A stretch of 64,000 nucleotides of DNA from NCBI GenBank assembly GCA_023379265.1, contig JAMCUI010000019.1, forward strand, positions 9,233 through 73,232. Reading direction: 5' to 3'. The stretch is from Patescibacteria group bacterium (GTDB taxonomy: Bacteria; Patescibacteriota; Microgenomatia; 2-02-FULL-39-11). Position numbers and translations under genes: made by a program. The notes beneath the pieces are model-generated. The model was not told the origin of the DNA, did not search any database, and was given only the letters and a program-made list of their open reading frames with translations. Positions 61,909 to 64,000 of the stretch are shown here, one piece after another; position 1 is the stretch's first letter; the number at the start of each line of letters is the position of its first letter.

Positions 61909-63609
61909 ATGGAGATCCTACTAATAGGTTTTATCATAGTTTTATTTCTTTTTCTCAACGGCTTGCCGCTTATAGTTGGTATGATAAATACTCCCAAAGG
62001 AAGCCAGTTTTTGGGAACTGTCCATTGGCCGCCTGATTATTTTTATTATCTATCTCAGTTTTTTCAGGGCAAAGGCAACTGGTTTGCCAGTTATGACCTT
62101 TTTACCGGTGACTTCATATCAAAGACATTTGTGGGATGGGTAAACGTCTTTTTGGGACATGTATTTAGTCTATTGGGTATAGGCAGTGTAGCAGCTTACC
62201 AGATTTCAATTGTCATTTTTGCAGTTATCCTTCTTATAGCGTCTTATCTTCTCATAAGAGAAATCTTTCCTGGTTCGGCTTCAAAAAGAGTCGCGGCTTT
62301 TTTATTTTTTGTCACAAGCAACGCTTTTCCCAAGATTGTTGAATCAGGAGGCAAACTAACTTTTTCCTATTTTGACTACTGGTACAACACAGGGTTGCCT
62401 TTTAACCGCTTGGGCGGTGTGCCACACCATTTTATTGCCCGGGCAGGCATAACATTAGCGATATTGTTGGCAGTCTGGTGGTGGAAAAGGTTGGGGAAAT
62501 ATAGATTCGACAAAAAAAGTATCTCTAAGTATATCATTGCGTTTCTTCTTTCGGGATTTATCCTTGCCAGTGTGGAGCCGGTACAGTGGGGGATAACTGT
62601 AGGTGTTTTGGGGATAGTAGCATTTTTAATCTTTGTCATGCCGAATTTATTTCTGCATCCCGATAAGACAATGAAAGAGACCCTGAAAGAGATTCCGAAA
62701 CGAGTTCAGGATGACACTTCGGTATCATTAACTGACACCTTAGCGTCAGTTTGGGGAGGCAAGAGTTTTTTTCTTCCTTCTGTTTTACTCTTAATTGGCG
62801 GGTTGCCAATGGCAGTTTATCTGAAGAGAACATTTTCAACACTGCCTTTTATACAGCTGGCTCTTTGGGAGAATAGCCAGCAATTGCATATCAGTTTTAT
62901 GACATATATTTTAGCAAATGGTTCCGTTGTCGCTGTTGCAATTCTCGGAGTGGTTTTCTTTGTCAGGAAAATGGATTTGGCAAGGCTTACCGCCTTTGTT
63001 TTTACATTTGTGACAATATTTTTATTTTTCTCTCCTATTCCGGCACTGGTCTCAGTAGTAAACGTGAGGTTTTTACCTGCCACAACAACGCTTTTCCTAT
63101 CATGCATGGCAACAGCCGGAATTTTTACTGTCGCAAGCCGGTTTAGCGAAGCAAAAAATATCGTTTTCCTGTTACTTACTCTATCAATCATCATCATAAT
63201 GTTGCCGACTTATTATATCCAACTCCAGGACAGGGTAAAGGTGGATCCTGCTTTCGGACTTATTTATCTACCGCAAAAGGTACTTGTTTCATATCAAAAG
63301 GCACAGGTAATTTCCACCCCTTCAGATACTTTTATGGCTGTTTATCCTTTTAATTTGTCGCTTCCGGCCATCGCCGGACGTCGCGTCTTTGAAGGACATG
63401 AGCTTCTGACAATAAATGACGGTAAAAAAATGGGGGAGGCCAACGATTTTTTTGCCGGAAAGATAACTTCTGAGAAAATGGATAGTTTCCTCCATAAAAA
63501 CAATATCCATTATCTATTTATCTACTCGACTGAAAAAGAATTTGCATCAATGCCTTTTCTGAAAAAAGTATATGATAACGAGATGGTGGCAATTTATAAA
63601 GTAAATTGA
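61909..63609 (+). CDS. Polytopic membrane protein, paralog family A
   Basis: LGTVHWPPDYFYYLSQFFQGK and ...FEGHELLTINDGKKMGEANDFFAGKITSEKMDSFL..IHYLFIY. Confidence 0.5.
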   Translation: MEILLIGFIIVLFLFLNGLPLIVGMINTPKGSQFLGTVHWPPDYFYYLSQFFQGKGNWFASYDLFTGDFISKTFVGWVNVFLGHVFSLLGIGSVAAYQISIVIFAVILLIASYLLIREIFPGSASKRVAAFLFFVTSNAFPKIVESGGKLTFSYFDYWYNTGLPFNRLGGVPHHFIARAGITLAILLAVWWWKRLGKYRFDKKSISKYIIAFLLSGFILASVEPVQWGITVGVLGIVAFLIFVMPNLFLHPDKTMKETLKEIPKRVQDDTSVSLTDTLASVWGGKSFFLPSVLLLIGGLPMAVYLKRTFSTLPFIQLALWENSQQLHISFMTYILANGSVVAVAILGVVFFVRKMDLARLTAFVFTFVTIFLFFSPIPALVSVVNVRFLPATTTLFLSCMATAGIFTVASRFSEAKNIVFLLLTLSIIIIMLPTYYIQLQDRVKVDPAFGLIYLPQKVLVSYQKAQVISTPSDTFMAVYPFNLSLPAIAGRRVFEGHELLTINDGKKMGEANDFFAGKITSEKMDSFLHKNNIHYLFIYSTEKEFASMPFLKKVYDNEMVAIYKVN

Positions 63610-63666
63610 ATTATTAGATAAATAATTTACGGGTCGTGCCGTTTGAGTATTCCAAACTCGTGTTTT

Positions 63667-64000
63667 ATGAAACAACAGTTGTATAAATTCCTAGGTGAAT
63701 TTGAGGAATGTTGTGAAAATTGTGGACGAAAGAGTGAAGATATCGAAATTCTTTTTGCCACCAAGTACATAAATCCTTTCGATTTGGCGCAGTTTATCGG
63801 GATTGCACATGAGCGGTTGGATAGAATTGTGACGATAGGAGAAAACAGGGTACAGGCGGCTGAAGAGAAATTGAACTATATAAATATGAGCCATCCGGAT
63901 TTGAAAGAATTGTTCAAGATGGTTATGATAGGCAATCTCCAGACAAACAAGATAAATAAAGCAATTGAAGTATTTGAGGAGATTCACGCAATAGACAGCA
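63667..64000 (+). CDS. YggS/PLPHP-family PLP-binding protein (partial, runs off the window end)
   Basis: LFATKYINP...GENRVQAAEEK and MIGNLQTNKINKA match the YggS motifs AVSKTxP...GENYVQE and IGHLQSNK. It is absent from the ORF track because no stop codon falls inside the window. Confidence 0.65.
   Translation, partial: MKQQLYKFLGEFEECCENCGRKSEDIEILFATKYINPFDLAQFIGIAHERLDRIVTIGENRVQAAEEKLNYINMSHPDLKELFKMVMIGNLQTNKINKAIEVFEEIHAIDS

Noticed and set aside
63691-63987. ORF of 98 aa on the - strand
   Set aside because: It is antisense to a well-supported YggS-family partial CDS on the + strand (GENRVQ and NLQTNK motifs).

Overview
The window reads as a low-GC (roughly 38-40%) bacterial fragment. 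The gene content (Rho, RadA/Sms, OmpR-type two-component system, HtrA, S1 protein) is bacterial. The mix of small housekeeping genes with an extreme density of polytopic membrane proteins resembling GT-C glycosyltransferases is reminiscent of a Candidate Phyla Radiation / Patescibacteria genome; that assignment is inference only.

Layout:
- 1-1150: 3' end of 23S rRNA, then 5S rRNA.
- 1.3-3.9 kb: S1-domain protein and RadA.
- 3.9-5.1 kb: about 1.25 kb with no long ORF, but a promoter-like site, a 51-aa ORF and a strong + strand terminator.
- 5.1-23.2 kb: a Chlor_Arch_YYY/DUF2298-type membrane protein (as recalled), then an htrA-response regulator-histidine kinase operon, then a first glycosylation block. 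That block holds a GT4 enzyme, a SAM methyltransferase, four large membrane proteins (three of them tandem and translationally coupled), a UbiA-family prenyltransferase and a Rossmann flavoenzyme.
- 23.3-33.7 kb: rho, a LysM-M23 peptidase, two tRNA-Ala genes each followed by unusual repeats, and an NrtR-like NAD-salvage cluster (phosphoribosyltransferase, NCS1 permease, isochorismatase-family hydrolase).
- 33.7-63.6 kb: a second, about 30 kb, glycosylation block with 14 more large polytopic membrane proteins of several GT-C-like subfamilies (ArnT/PMT-like with a DE motif, YfhO-like, and a five-member paralog family). Interspersed soluble genes are a GT2 polyprenyl-phosphate glycosyltransferase, two methyltransferases, an SDR epimerase/dehydratase, a DegT-type sugar aminotransferase, a GNAT acetyltransferase and a small 4-TM flippase-like protein.
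- 63667 to the window end: start of a YggS-family PLP protein.

The candidate undescribed system is this Arn-like, polyprenyl-phosphate-linked amino-sugar glycosylation locus with about 18 putative GT-C transferases, together with recurring conserved upstream sequence motifs.

The most striking single sequence feature is a tandem array of 5.9 copies of a 38-bp unit that reiterates the last 23 nt of tRNA-Ala(GGC).

The supplied ORF track uses TTG and GTG as starts, so several CDS starts were moved to in-frame ATG codons.

All family assignments come from motif recognition by eye. No database search was run.
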